Shown here: piece after piece, positions 9,300 through 16,938 of the stretch | Position numbering within the stretch: position 1 is the stretch's first letter | Layout: each line of letters starts with the position of its first letter | NCBI GenBank assembly: GCA_959604355.1 | Contig: CAUHAO010000003.1 | Location: 210-64,209, forward strand | Length of the DNA stretch: 64,000 nt | Source of the DNA: an uncultured Eubacteriales bacterium | GTDB taxonomy: Bacteria; Bacillota; Clostridia; Oscillospirales; UBA644 | Direction of reading: 5' to 3' | Notes under the pieces: generated by a model | The model's input: only the letters and a program-made list of their open reading frames with translations | What the model was told of the DNA's origin: nothing | Database searches by the model: none | Program-made: the position numbers and the translations under genes

Positions 9300-10502
9300 A
9301 TGAAAAAAACATTGCTTGCGATTTTATTGACCGCAGCGATGGTCGTCGCGTTTGCTGCCGGCGCTTTCGCTGAGGTGGAGATCCCAGAGGATGATTTACC
9401 GTATATGCCGACTATTACCTGCGATAAGATTAACTACGGTACCCCGAAGGTCGACGGTAAGGTCGATGATCTGTACGCTACGACGTTCCAATCCAGGACT
9501 TCCACTCTCGCCAACGTTTATAACTATCAGGAGGCCGCAGAGGAATCCAACGCTCAGGGTGTTACATATATTCTTTGGGACGAGGATTTCATTTACATCT
9601 GCACTGAAGTTTCCGACAGCACGATCCTTTCTCAGGGCGAAGACTGGATATGGGAAAATGTTACTAAGTCCGGAGGACCCTGGTCTAATGACTGCGTTGA
9701 AATGCATATAGCATGGTACGGAGAAGACGATGACTCAACCACCGCTCAGAAGTGGGGTGTCGATGCTTACGGTTATCTTCTCTACACCAACTACGGTGAC
9801 GTTTACTATGAAGGTTACGAAGATGCTTACGCAAAGACTTCCGTTGATAAGAAAAACGGCAAATATGTAGTTGAAGTTGCCATTCCTAATGCCGAAGGTC
9901 TCGGCGAAGGCGACCACCTCGGTTTCTGCCAGCAGCTCAACGATATCGTTGACTTCGGCGGTGATGAAGGTCAGGCCCGTTACGCATGCTATTTCGGTAT
10001 GCAGGCTCCCTGGATGTTCGTGTATGAATTGGTAGACACCACCGGAGGATCCCACGGCGGAGAAGAGCAGACAGACGCTCCTACGGAAGAACCCACACAG
10101 GCTCCTACCGATGCGCCCACACAGGCTCCTACCGATGCACCCACCCAGGCTCCCACGGAAGAACCTACACAGGCTCCTACCGAGGCACCCACCCAGACCC
10201 CCACGGAAGGACCTACACAGGCTCCCACCGATGAACCCACCCAGACCCCCACGGTAGAACCCACGCAGGCTCCCACAGGTGAAGAACCCACAGCAGATCC
10301 TTCCGGAGAACCTACCGAAGAGCCTACGCAAGAGCCTACCAATGCTCCCACAGACGCACCCACCAATCCACCTACTGCTGCACCCACACAGGAGGCTACG
10401 GAATCCCCTGCTAAAAAAGGTTGCGGATCCGCAGTCATCAGCGGTGCGGCGGTTGTAATGCTCGCCTGCGCGGCAGCTGTCGTTCTTAAGAAAAAAGACT
10501 GA
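9300..10502 (+). CDS. Secreted CBM9/DOMON-like carbohydrate-binding protein with Pro/Thr linker and Cys-containing C-terminal sorting-type tail (paralog 1)
   Basis: Strong RBS ggagga. Signal peptide ends AFAAGAFA|E. CBM9-like strings are present: KVDGKVDDLY, YILWDEDFIYICTEVSD, NDCVEMHI, YVVEVAIP, LGFCQQLNDI. A long (PTxAPTx)n linker follows. The tail is KKGCGSAVISGAAVVMLACAAAVVLKKKD. Confidence 0.85.
   Translation: MKKTLLAILLTAAMVVAFAAGAFAEVEIPEDDLPYMPTITCDKINYGTPKVDGKVDDLYATTFQSRTSTLANVYNYQEAAEESNAQGVTYILWDEDFIYICTEVSDSTILSQGEDWIWENVTKSGGPWSNDCVEMHIAWYGEDDDSTTAQKWGVDAYGYLLYTNYGDVYYEGYEDAYAKTSVDKKNGKYVVEVAIPNAEGLGEGDHLGFCQQLNDIVDFGGDEGQARYACYFGMQAPWMFVYELVDTTGGSHGGEEQTDAPTEEPTQAPTDAPTQAPTDAPTQAPTEEPTQAPTEAPTQTPTEGPTQAPTDEPTQTPTVEPTQAPTGEEPTADPSGEPTEEPTQEPTNAPTDAPTNPPTAAPTQEATESPAKKGCGSAVISGAAVVMLACAAAVVLKKKD
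10071..10405 (+). repeat. Coding Pro/Thr-rich tandem repeat (linker) of paralog 1
   Basis: Iterated 24-nt units encode PTQAPTDA / PTEEPTQA variants. Confidence 0.8.
10413..10499 (+). other. C-terminal tripartite sorting-signal-like tail (K-K-G-C-G-S / hydrophobic helix / KKKD)
   Basis: 29 codons with the Cys codon TGC at 10422-10424. The sequence is identical to the paralog 2 tail. Confidence 0.6.
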
Positions 10503-10647
10503 TTGAAAGTTGAATGAAATGTGAAAGAGGACTTGTAAAAGCCCTCTTTCACGTTCAAAAAGTGTCAATTTCACCTAACGACCTATATAAACACGTAGAC
10601 AAAATAAACACGCAGACAAATCAAACATTTACCGCAAGGAGGTCATC

Positions 10648-11913
10648 ATGAAAAGGATAACCGCGGTCATAATTTTTGCGGCGATTCTCATTTCTTTGCT
10701 CGCCGTAAGCTCTTTTGCTTCTTTTGAAGTGCCCGAAGAAGAGCTCCCGTATATGCCGACTATTCCAAACGACAAGATCAATTACGGTACACCGAAAATC
10801 GACGGCGTCGTCGATGATATATATGCCAACACTTTTCAATGCACATCATCCACTGTTGCTAACTGGGATAACGGAAACGGCGTTGTGAGTGATTCCGATG
10901 CTCAGGGCACGACCTATATACTCTGGGATGAATATTGGGTCTATTTCTGCACGGAAGTATATGACAGTACAATCCTTTCTCAGGGCGAGGACTGGATATT
11001 CAACGGCACGCATTGGGGCGGCCCGTGGATGAATGACGCAGTCCAGATATTCCTTGCATGGCACGGCGAAGACGACGACGCGACAACATATCAGAAATGG
11101 GGTATGGACGCCTACGGAATACTCCTATATACCGTCAACGACTCTTTGTATTACGAGGGCTATGAAGAGGCCTACGCCGTAGCGAAGATGGATAAAAAGA
11201 ACAGGAAATATGTTATTGAAATGGCTATTCCGAATGCGGAAGGGCTGACGGAGGGCGATTTCCTCGGTTTTTGTCAGCAGATCAACGATATTGTTGACTT
11301 TGCGGGAACCAACGAACAGGATGGCTGTGCCCGTTGTGCATGTTATTTCGGATATCAGCAGCCGTGGCTGTTCCCGTATGAGCTTGTAGACGACGGCTCA
11401 AATCCTCACGTGTACGAAACGGGCGACGCTCCTACGGAAGATCCTACACAGGCTCCTACCGATGCCCCCACACAGACCCCCACGGAAGAACCCACGCAGG
11501 CTCCCACGGAAGAACCCACACAGGCTCCCACAGATGCACCCACCCAGGCTCCCACGGAAGAACCTACACAGGCTCCTACCGATGCACCCACCCAGACCCC
11601 CACGGAAGGACCCACACAGGCTCCCACCGATGAACCCACCCAGACCCCCACGGTAGAACCCACGCAGGCTCCCACAGGTGAAGAACCCACAGCAGATCCT
11701 TCCGGAGAACCTACCGAAGAGCCTACGCAAGAGCCTACCAATGCTCCCACAGACGCACCCACCAATCCACCTACTGCTGCACCCACACAGCCTTCCACAC
11801 AGGAGGCTACTGAATCCCCTGCTAAAAAAGGTTGCGGATCCGCAGTCATCAGCGGTGCGGCGGTCGTAATGCTCGCCTGCGCGGCAGCTGTCGTTCTTAA
11901 GAAAAAAGACTGA
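10648..11913 (+). CDS. Secreted CBM9/DOMON-like protein with Pro/Thr linker and Cys-containing C-terminal tail (paralog 2)
   Basis: RBS aaggagg. The architecture matches 9300-10502. The N-terminal domain is clearly diverged by eye, but the last ~110 aa are near-identical. Confidence 0.85.
   Translation: MKRITAVIIFAAILISLLAVSSFASFEVPEEELPYMPTIPNDKINYGTPKIDGVVDDIYANTFQCTSSTVANWDNGNGVVSDSDAQGTTYILWDEYWVYFCTEVYDSTILSQGEDWIFNGTHWGGPWMNDAVQIFLAWHGEDDDATTYQKWGMDAYGILLYTVNDSLYYEGYEEAYAVAKMDKKNRKYVIEMAIPNAEGLTEGDFLGFCQQINDIVDFAGTNEQDGCARCACYFGYQQPWLFPYELVDDGSNPHVYETGDAPTEDPTQAPTDAPTQTPTEEPTQAPTEEPTQAPTDAPTQAPTEEPTQAPTDAPTQTPTEGPTQAPTDEPTQTPTVEPTQAPTGEEPTADPSGEPTEEPTQEPTNAPTDAPTNPPTAAPTQPSTQEATESPAKKGCGSAVISGAAVVMLACAAAVVLKKKD
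11425..11820 (+). repeat. Coding Pro/Thr-rich tandem repeat (linker) of paralog 2
   Basis: Same PTxAPTx unit family as 10071-10405. The 3' ~300 nt is almost identical to paralog 1. Confidence 0.8.
11824..11910 (+). other. C-terminal tripartite sorting-signal-like tail
   Basis: KKGCGSAVISGAAVVMLACAAAVVLKKKD, with the Cys codon at 11833-11835. Confidence 0.6.
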
Positions 11914-11959
11914 TTGATAAAACGGGATTTATCCGAAAAAATTAAGTCATAAATCGAAA

Positions 11960-11994
11960 AAAGACGCCGATGGCTTGACTGTCGGCGTCTTTTG
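11960..11994 (+). terminator. Rho-independent terminator after paralog 2
   Basis: AGACGCCGA-tggcttgactg-TCGGCGTCT followed by TTTT. Confidence 0.6.
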
Positions 11995-12003
11995 TTGTAA
12001 AAT
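11975..12003 (+). promoter_or_regulatory. Possible promoter for lgt-like/CPBP pair, embedded in the terminator
   Basis: TTGACT (11975-11980), a 17-nt spacer, then TAAAAT (11998-12003). Confidence 0.4.
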
Positions 12004-12036
12004 ATACGCAGAAGGATCATGAAAAGAGGCAGCACG

Positions 12037-12813
12037 ATGTATCCCTACAAAGTTTTCTTCGGAATGACGCTGTACGAATTGTTTATCGTCGTCGGTATCA
12101 TTTGCGCGCTCATTATATTCAGGCTGTTGTCGGACCGCGAAGGCGTGCGGGCGAAGCTTTATAATTTTGTCGTTTTTGACGGCGTCGCCGGTGTCGCCGT
12201 AGGATTTTGCTGTGCAATTTTCGCGCAGGCTGTATATAATTATATAGAAAACGGCATCTTTACAATTGATAAGGGCACGGGAATGACGTTTTACGGCGGA
12301 TTTATCGGCGGCGCGGCGATGTTTTTTGCGATATACTTTGCAGTCGGCGGAGTGATATTCCGTGATGGATATCATAAAGAAAAACTGCCGCGCATCCTCG
12401 ATATGCTCGCGGCGGGCATCGTGGCGGCGCATGGGTTCGGGCGGATAGGCTGTCTTATGGCAGGATGCTGCTACGGCAGACCGACCGAGGCATGGTACGG
12501 TGTGTGGAATGAATATCTTGCATGCAGGACCGTGCCCGTTCAGCTTTTCGAGGCGCTGTTTTTGTTTGCCCTCAGCGCATTTCTTGTCCGTCGCTTCGTA
12601 AAAGGAAGAAGATGCGGTATCGCCGTCTACATGGTTCTCTACGGCGTATGGCGTTTCTTCATAGAATTTTTCCGCAGCGATGACCGCGGCGAGACTGTTC
12701 TGTCGGTCTTTTCACCATCCCAGCTTACCGCGATAATCCTTGTCGCCGTCGGCGCGGTGATACTCATATCATTCCGTATGAAGTCGCGAAAAAGAAGGTT
12801 GACTAATGATTAG
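12037..12813 (+). CDS. Prolipoprotein diacylglyceryl transferase (Lgt) family protein, divergent paralog-type
   Basis: Polytopic membrane protein with Lgt-like blocks: GMTFYGGFIGG, HGFGRIGCLMAGCCYG, VPVQLFEALF, YGVWRFFIEFFRSDDRG. ATG 12037 (RBS aaagagg) is preferred over ATG 12019 because the putative promoter ends at 12003. Confidence 0.8.
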   Translation: MYPYKVFFGMTLYELFIVVGIICALIIFRLLSDREGVRAKLYNFVVFDGVAGVAVGFCCAIFAQAVYNYIENGIFTIDKGTGMTFYGGFIGGAAMFFAIYFAVGGVIFRDGYHKEKLPRILDMLAAGIVAAHGFGRIGCLMAGCCYGRPTEAWYGVWNEYLACRTVPVQLFEALFLFALSAFLVRRFVKGRRCGIAVYMVLYGVWRFFIEFFRSDDRGETVLSVFSPSQLTAIILVAVGAVILISFRMKSRKRRLTND

Positions 12814-13606
12814 AAATAAGAAGCGTACAATATATTATATTATAATGGCTGTATTCGCACTGCTTCTCATCGTTGTTGAGAGAATCGGCGGGCCATTTGC
12901 ATCCGACGCAGGTCTCGACGCTATGATCCGAAAGGCTGTCAGCTGCGCCTGCGGAAGTGTCGTTTTTATTATCGCTGCGGCAATGTTCGGCTACCGTATT
13001 TTCGGCCGAGGAGCAGAGCCTCTCGGCAAAGCGCTGCTGTTTTCTCTGCCGTGTTTTTGCGCAGCCATAAACAATTTTCCGATAATCTCGGTGCTCAACG
13101 GCGACTGCAGGCTCGCCAAACCGTGGTATTTCGTCGCGGCGCTCGCAGCGGAGTGCCTTATGATAGGACTTTTTGAAGAGGTTACTTTCCGCGGCGTCAT
13201 ATTTCTCATGGTTCTTGAAAAACGGCGAAAAACCGTATGGGATATTTTCATTTCCGTCGTTATCACGTCCGCGGTGTTCGGAGTGATACATCTGACGAAC
13301 ATCCTCATGGGTGCGGGCGTCGGTGGAGTAATAATGCAGATAGGATATTCGTTCCTCATCGGCGGAATGTGCTCTGTCGTGCTTATAAAAACAAGAAACA
13401 TATGGCTGTGCGCCCTTATTCACGGTATTTTCGATTTCGGAGGATATTTCCTTTCGTCTGTCGGAGAAGGAACGATGTGGGATACTGCGACAGTCGTTCT
13501 GACCGTTTTTTTGTCCGTTGCCGTAGCTGTTTATGTGGTATACGCGCTCATTCATACCGATCCTGCTGCGCTCGGCAAATTGTATGCTTCCGACGAAAAC
13601 GACTGA
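12806..13606 (+). CDS. CPBP family (CAAX-type, Abi/PF02517-like) intramembrane glutamic endopeptidase
   Basis: All three CPBP motifs are present: EExxFR (LFEEVTFRG), FxxxH (FGVIH) and HxxxD (IHGIFD). It is multi-TM. The start overlaps the lgt-like stop by 8 nt, which suggests translational coupling. Confidence 0.85.
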   Translation: MIRNKKRTIYYIIMAVFALLLIVVERIGGPFASDAGLDAMIRKAVSCACGSVVFIIAAAMFGYRIFGRGAEPLGKALLFSLPCFCAAINNFPIISVLNGDCRLAKPWYFVAALAAECLMIGLFEEVTFRGVIFLMVLEKRRKTVWDIFISVVITSAVFGVIHLTNILMGAGVGGVIMQIGYSFLIGGMCSVVLIKTRNIWLCALIHGIFDFGGYFLSSVGEGTMWDTATVVLTVFLSVAVAVYVVYALIHTDPAALGKLYASDEND

Positions 13607-13654
13607 AAATAGAAGGGAATTTTCGTTAAATCGTTGCAAATATGGAAATAGGAC

Positions 13655-13683
13655 TTGACAAAACGGTAAAAAAATATTATAAT
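13655..13683 (+). promoter_or_regulatory. Sigma-A type promoter for paralog 3
   Basis: TTGACA (13655-13660), a 17-nt spacer, then TATAAT (13678-13683). Confidence 0.5.
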
Positions 13684-13731
13684 ACAGTCAGCAAGCTATA
13701 AGCTAGAAAGTTATTATTTCAGGAGGAAATT

Positions 13732-14727
13732 ATGAAAAAGACTTTTCTTGCACTTGTCCTTGCGGTTGCTCTGATGGCGGCTCTCGCTGTCGGTTCTCTT
13801 GCAGGGTATGTGGCAGAGATTCCCGAGGAAGATCTTCCTTATGCGCCCACCGTTCTTTTCGATAAGATCAATTACGGTTCTCCGAAGGTTGACGGTGTTC
13901 TCGATGAGATCTACGCTACATCTTTCCAGGTAAGAACTTCTTCCCTTACTAATTACGGTGAAGAATCCGCTACCGCATCCGCTGTTACCTACATTCTTTG
14001 GGACGACGCTTACTTCTATTTCTGCACTGTCGTCAACGACAGCACCATCCTTTCTCAGGGTGAAGAATGGGTAGAAGAATGGCTCGGCAAAAACGGCGGT
14101 CCTTGGGCAAATGACTGCGTCGAACTTCACATTGCATGGAACGGTGAAGACGATGACTCTACCACATCTCAGAAGTGGGGTATGGACGCGTTTGGTCATG
14201 CTCTTTACACCAACTACGGTCTGACCTATTACGAAGGCTACGAAGATGCTTTCGGCGTTGCTGTTAAAGATACCGCTGCAAACACTTATACTGTCGAGAT
14301 CGCTATCCCGAACGCTGAGGGCCTTACCGAAGGCGACGCTATAGGTTTTGAGATGCAGCTCAACGACCTCATTGACTTTGGCGGAAACGGCGGCTCTGCT
14401 CGTATAGGTTGCTTCTTCCTGTGGCAGCAGCCTTGGAACTTCGTTTATGACCTCATCGATGACGGAACCAATCCTCACGATGTGGTAGTCGTTCGTCCTA
14501 CCGATGAACCCACCGAACCTGCTACGAATCCTCCCACAAGCGAACCCACGAGCGAACCCACAGATGCTCCTACAAACGAACCCACAGACGCTCCTACCAA
14601 TGCACCCACTAATGAGCCCACACAGCCCTCCGAACCCAAATCCGGATGCGGTTCTGCGGTCATCAGCGGTGTAGCAGTAGTAATGCTCGCGTGTGCAGCA
14701 GTTGTTGTTCTTAAGAAGAAAGACTAA
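13732..14727 (+). CDS. Secreted CBM9/DOMON-like protein with short Pro/Thr linker and Cys-containing C-terminal tail (paralog 3)
   Basis: RBS aggagga and signal peptide ...AVGSLAG. The same CBM9-like strings occur: KVDGVLDEIY, YILWDDAYFYFCTVVND, NDCVELHI, YTVEIAIP. The tail is KSGCGSAVISGVAVVMLACAAVVVLKKKD. Confidence 0.85.
   Translation: MKKTFLALVLAVALMAALAVGSLAGYVAEIPEEDLPYAPTVLFDKINYGSPKVDGVLDEIYATSFQVRTSSLTNYGEESATASAVTYILWDDAYFYFCTVVNDSTILSQGEEWVEEWLGKNGGPWANDCVELHIAWNGEDDDSTTSQKWGMDAFGHALYTNYGLTYYEGYEDAFGVAVKDTAANTYTVEIAIPNAEGLTEGDAIGFEMQLNDLIDFGGNGGSARIGCFFLWQQPWNFVYDLIDDGTNPHDVVVVRPTDEPTEPATNPPTSEPTSEPTDAPTNEPTDAPTNAPTNEPTQPSEPKSGCGSAVISGVAVVMLACAAVVVLKKKD
14496..14640 (+). repeat. 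Coding Pro/Thr-rich repeat (linker) of paralog 3
   Basis: PTDEPTEPATNPPTSEPTSEPTDAPTNEPTDAPTNAPTNEPTQ. Confidence 0.7.
14638..14724 (+). other. C-terminal tripartite sorting-signal-like tail
   Basis: K-S-G-C-G-S + 19-aa hydrophobic helix + KKKD, with the Cys codon at 14647-14649. Confidence 0.6.
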
Positions 14728-14739
14728 TAACCGAATAAA

Positions 14740-14779
14740 ATATCAGGCAGGCCTTTTTCGGGTCTGCCTGATATTTTTA
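14740..14779. terminator. Bidirectional terminator between convergent genes
   Basis: 11-bp stem ATATCAGGCAG / CTGCCTGATAT followed by TTTTT. Confidence 0.7.
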
Positions 14780-14793
14780 TTATGTCATGATAA

Positions 14794-16518
14794 TCATTCT
14801 GTCTGTTCGTCACGGAACTGCAATTTATAAAGTTCTGAATACAGTCCTCCGCGTTCCATAAGAGCCTCATGTGTTCCCTGTTCAAGCACTTTACCGTCGG
14901 ATATGACCGCTATTTCGTCTGCGTTCTTTATCGTAGAAAGCCGGTGTGCGACGACTAATGTTGTCCTGCCTTCACATAGCTCGTCAAGCGCCTGCTGAAT
15001 GAGTATTTCGGTTGTGTTGTCGAGCGCGCTCGTCGCTTCGTCGAGAATTAGTATCGGCGGGTTTTTGAGGAACACTCTCGCTATGCTGAGTCTTTGCTTC
15101 TGTCCTCCTGAGAGACGAATACCGCGTTCGCCGATCTGCGTGTCGTAGCCGTGTTCGAGCGTCATTATATAGTCGTGGATGTTTGCGCGTTTTGCTGCTT
15201 CAATCACTTCTTCATCCGTTGCGTCAAGCCTTCCGTAGAGAATGTTGTCCTTTATGCTTGCATTAAAGAGATAAATGTCTTGCTGTACGATGCCGATATT
15301 CCTTCTCAGCGACTCCATCGTGACGGAATGGAGTTCCTTTCCGTCTATAAGAATCTCGCCCGATGTCACGTCATAGAAATGCGGAATGAGGTGGCATATC
15401 GTCGTCTTGCCTCCGCCGGATGGGCCGACAAGGGCAAACTTTTTGCCTTTTGCAATATCGAGATTTATGTGATCGAGTACCTCTTTTTCTCCGTCATAGG
15501 CGTACGTCACGTCTCTGAATTCTATATGACCTTCGACTTTACCGATATCCTGCGCGCCTTCCGCATCTTTTTCGGGTTCTGCGTCGATTATTTCAATAAA
15601 TCTTTCAAAACCCGTGACGCCATTCTGGTATTGTTCCATAAAATTGATGAGCGTCATGACGGGGGAGATGAATATGTTGACAGAGACGATGAATGTCGAG
15701 TAGTCCGCGAAGGTTATTTTGCCGCTGTAAAGAAATAATCCTCCGGCTATAAGTATGACGACGTTGAATATGTCCGTGATGAAGGTCGTGCTGGAATGGA
15801 ATTGTCCCATCGCCTGATACGCCTCAGACCGCGCTTTGATGAAGTCTGAGTTGCCGACTTCGAATTTTTCCCGCTCTTTTTCGGAATTGTTGAATGCTTT
15901 TGTCGTACGTATGCCCGAAATACTGCTTTCGAGCGAGGCATTTATCTGCGCTATCGACTGTCGGCTCTTTGCAAAGGCGTTTCTCATGCGTTTGCGCAAA
16001 GTCGCCGATATTATAATAAGGAAAGGAACACATGCGAAGATAATGAGCGTCAGCATTATGTTTATGCTGCCGAGATAGATGAATGATGCGGCGATTGAGA
16101 TTACGGAGATTATCAGATTCTCGGGCCCATGGTGCGCAAGTTCACTTATATCCATAAGGTCATTTGTCATTCGCGACATTATTTTACCCGTCTCGTGGTC
16201 GTCATAAAAACTGTACGGCAGTTTTTCCAGATGATTGAACATATCACTGCGCATCTGTGCCTGCATTTTTACGCCCATTATGTGACCGTAATACTGTATG
16301 AAGTAATTCAGCATCATTTTCATAATGTAAAGCGCAAGTACGATGAGGCCTGCCGCGACTATCATTTTGTAATTGCGGTCGGGAATCAGCGTGTTCAGCA
16401 TTTTCCGCGTTATGATCGGATAGACTATGCCTATAAGTGACACGAGCAGTGACGCGAGCATATCAAGTATGAAAATTTTCTGATGAGGCCTGTAATAGGC
16501 GATAAACCGTTTCAGCAT
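14794..16518 (-). CDS. ABC exporter, fused permease/ATP-binding protein (MsbA/type I exporter-like)
   Basis: 574 aa with 6 N-terminal TM helices. It carries Walker A GPSGGGKTT, signature LSGGQKQR and Walker B ILILDEATSALD. Confidence 0.9.
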   Translation of the reverse strand: MLKRFIAYYRPHQKIFILDMLASLLVSLIGIVYPIITRKMLNTLIPDRNYKMIVAAGLIVLALYIMKMMLNYFIQYYGHIMGVKMQAQMRSDMFNHLEKLPYSFYDDHETGKIMSRMTNDLMDISELAHHGPENLIISVISIAASFIYLGSINIMLTLIIFACVPFLIIISATLRKRMRNAFAKSRQSIAQINASLESSISGIRTTKAFNNSEKEREKFEVGNSDFIKARSEAYQAMGQFHSSTTFITDIFNVVILIAGGLFLYSGKITFADYSTFIVSVNIFISPVMTLINFMEQYQNGVTGFERFIEIIDAEPEKDAEGAQDIGKVEGHIEFRDVTYAYDGEKEVLDHINLDIAKGKKFALVGPSGGGKTTICHLIPHFYDVTSGEILIDGKELHSVTMESLRRNIGIVQQDIYLFNASIKDNILYGRLDATDEEVIEAAKRANIHDYIMTLEHGYDTQIGERGIRLSGGQKQRLSIARVFLKNPPILILDEATSALDNTTEILIQQALDELCEGRTTLVVAHRLSTIKNADEIAVISDGKVLEQGTHEALMERGGLYSELYKLQFRDEQTE

Positions 16519-16766
16519 TTTTCAACCTCCGAGCATTCTGTATCTATAATTATATCATATAATTATGACTTAAGAATTTCCGTTTTATTACAAATATTAT
16601 TTATTATTGTTTATATAATTATGGACAAAAAAAGTATATCTGTTTCTGCCTCAGTGCACGTCGTAATTAAAGAAAAAAGCCCGGCGAGCGTAAAGCGTTT
16701 TGCCACAGTTTGGTAAATAAGTTCAAGAAAATTTACAAATTATATGATGTTTTAGTCGAATTACTC

Positions 16767-16795
16767 TTGACATGGTGACAAAATTATGCTATAAT
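16767..16795 (+). promoter_or_regulatory. Sigma-A type promoter for Opp-like operon
   Basis: TTGACA, a 17-nt spacer, then TATAAT. A ~140-nt leader precedes ATG 16939. Confidence 0.5.
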
Positions 16796-16938
16796 TTAAT
16801 ATAACTAAGGAAAGGTGCGCCCTTGTTCGCGAACCAAACTCCCGTCGCCGTATCGTCGTTTGCGGCTTCGGTTTTGCGCAACGGAGGGGAGGCCGCCTCC
16901 TTAAATATGATTTTAATTTTAATAGGGGAGAAGTAAAG

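Noticed and set aside
10413-10499. Classical sortase (LPXTG) or PEP-CTERM/GlyGly-CTERM interpretation of the C-terminal tails
   Set aside because: No LPXTG-like, PEP or GG motif precedes the helix. The only invariant residues are G-C-G-S, and no sortase, exosortase or rhombosortase gene is present in the window. An Lgt-like/CPBP pair is embedded in the cluster instead.
9735-12035. Long minus-strand and alternative-frame ORFs (9735-10574, 9989-10558, 11398-11730, 11406-12035, 11462-11656) with G/S/C/R-rich repeats
   Set aside because: They are mirror images or frame-shifts of the Pro/Thr-coding tandem repeats. They have no RBS, are low-complexity, and lie fully inside well-supported plus-strand genes.
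12803-14478. Minus-strand ORFs 12803-13639, 12991-13401 and 13714-14478
   Set aside because: They are antisense to the CPBP and paralog-3 genes, which carry clear family motifs and RBSs. These ORFs have neither.
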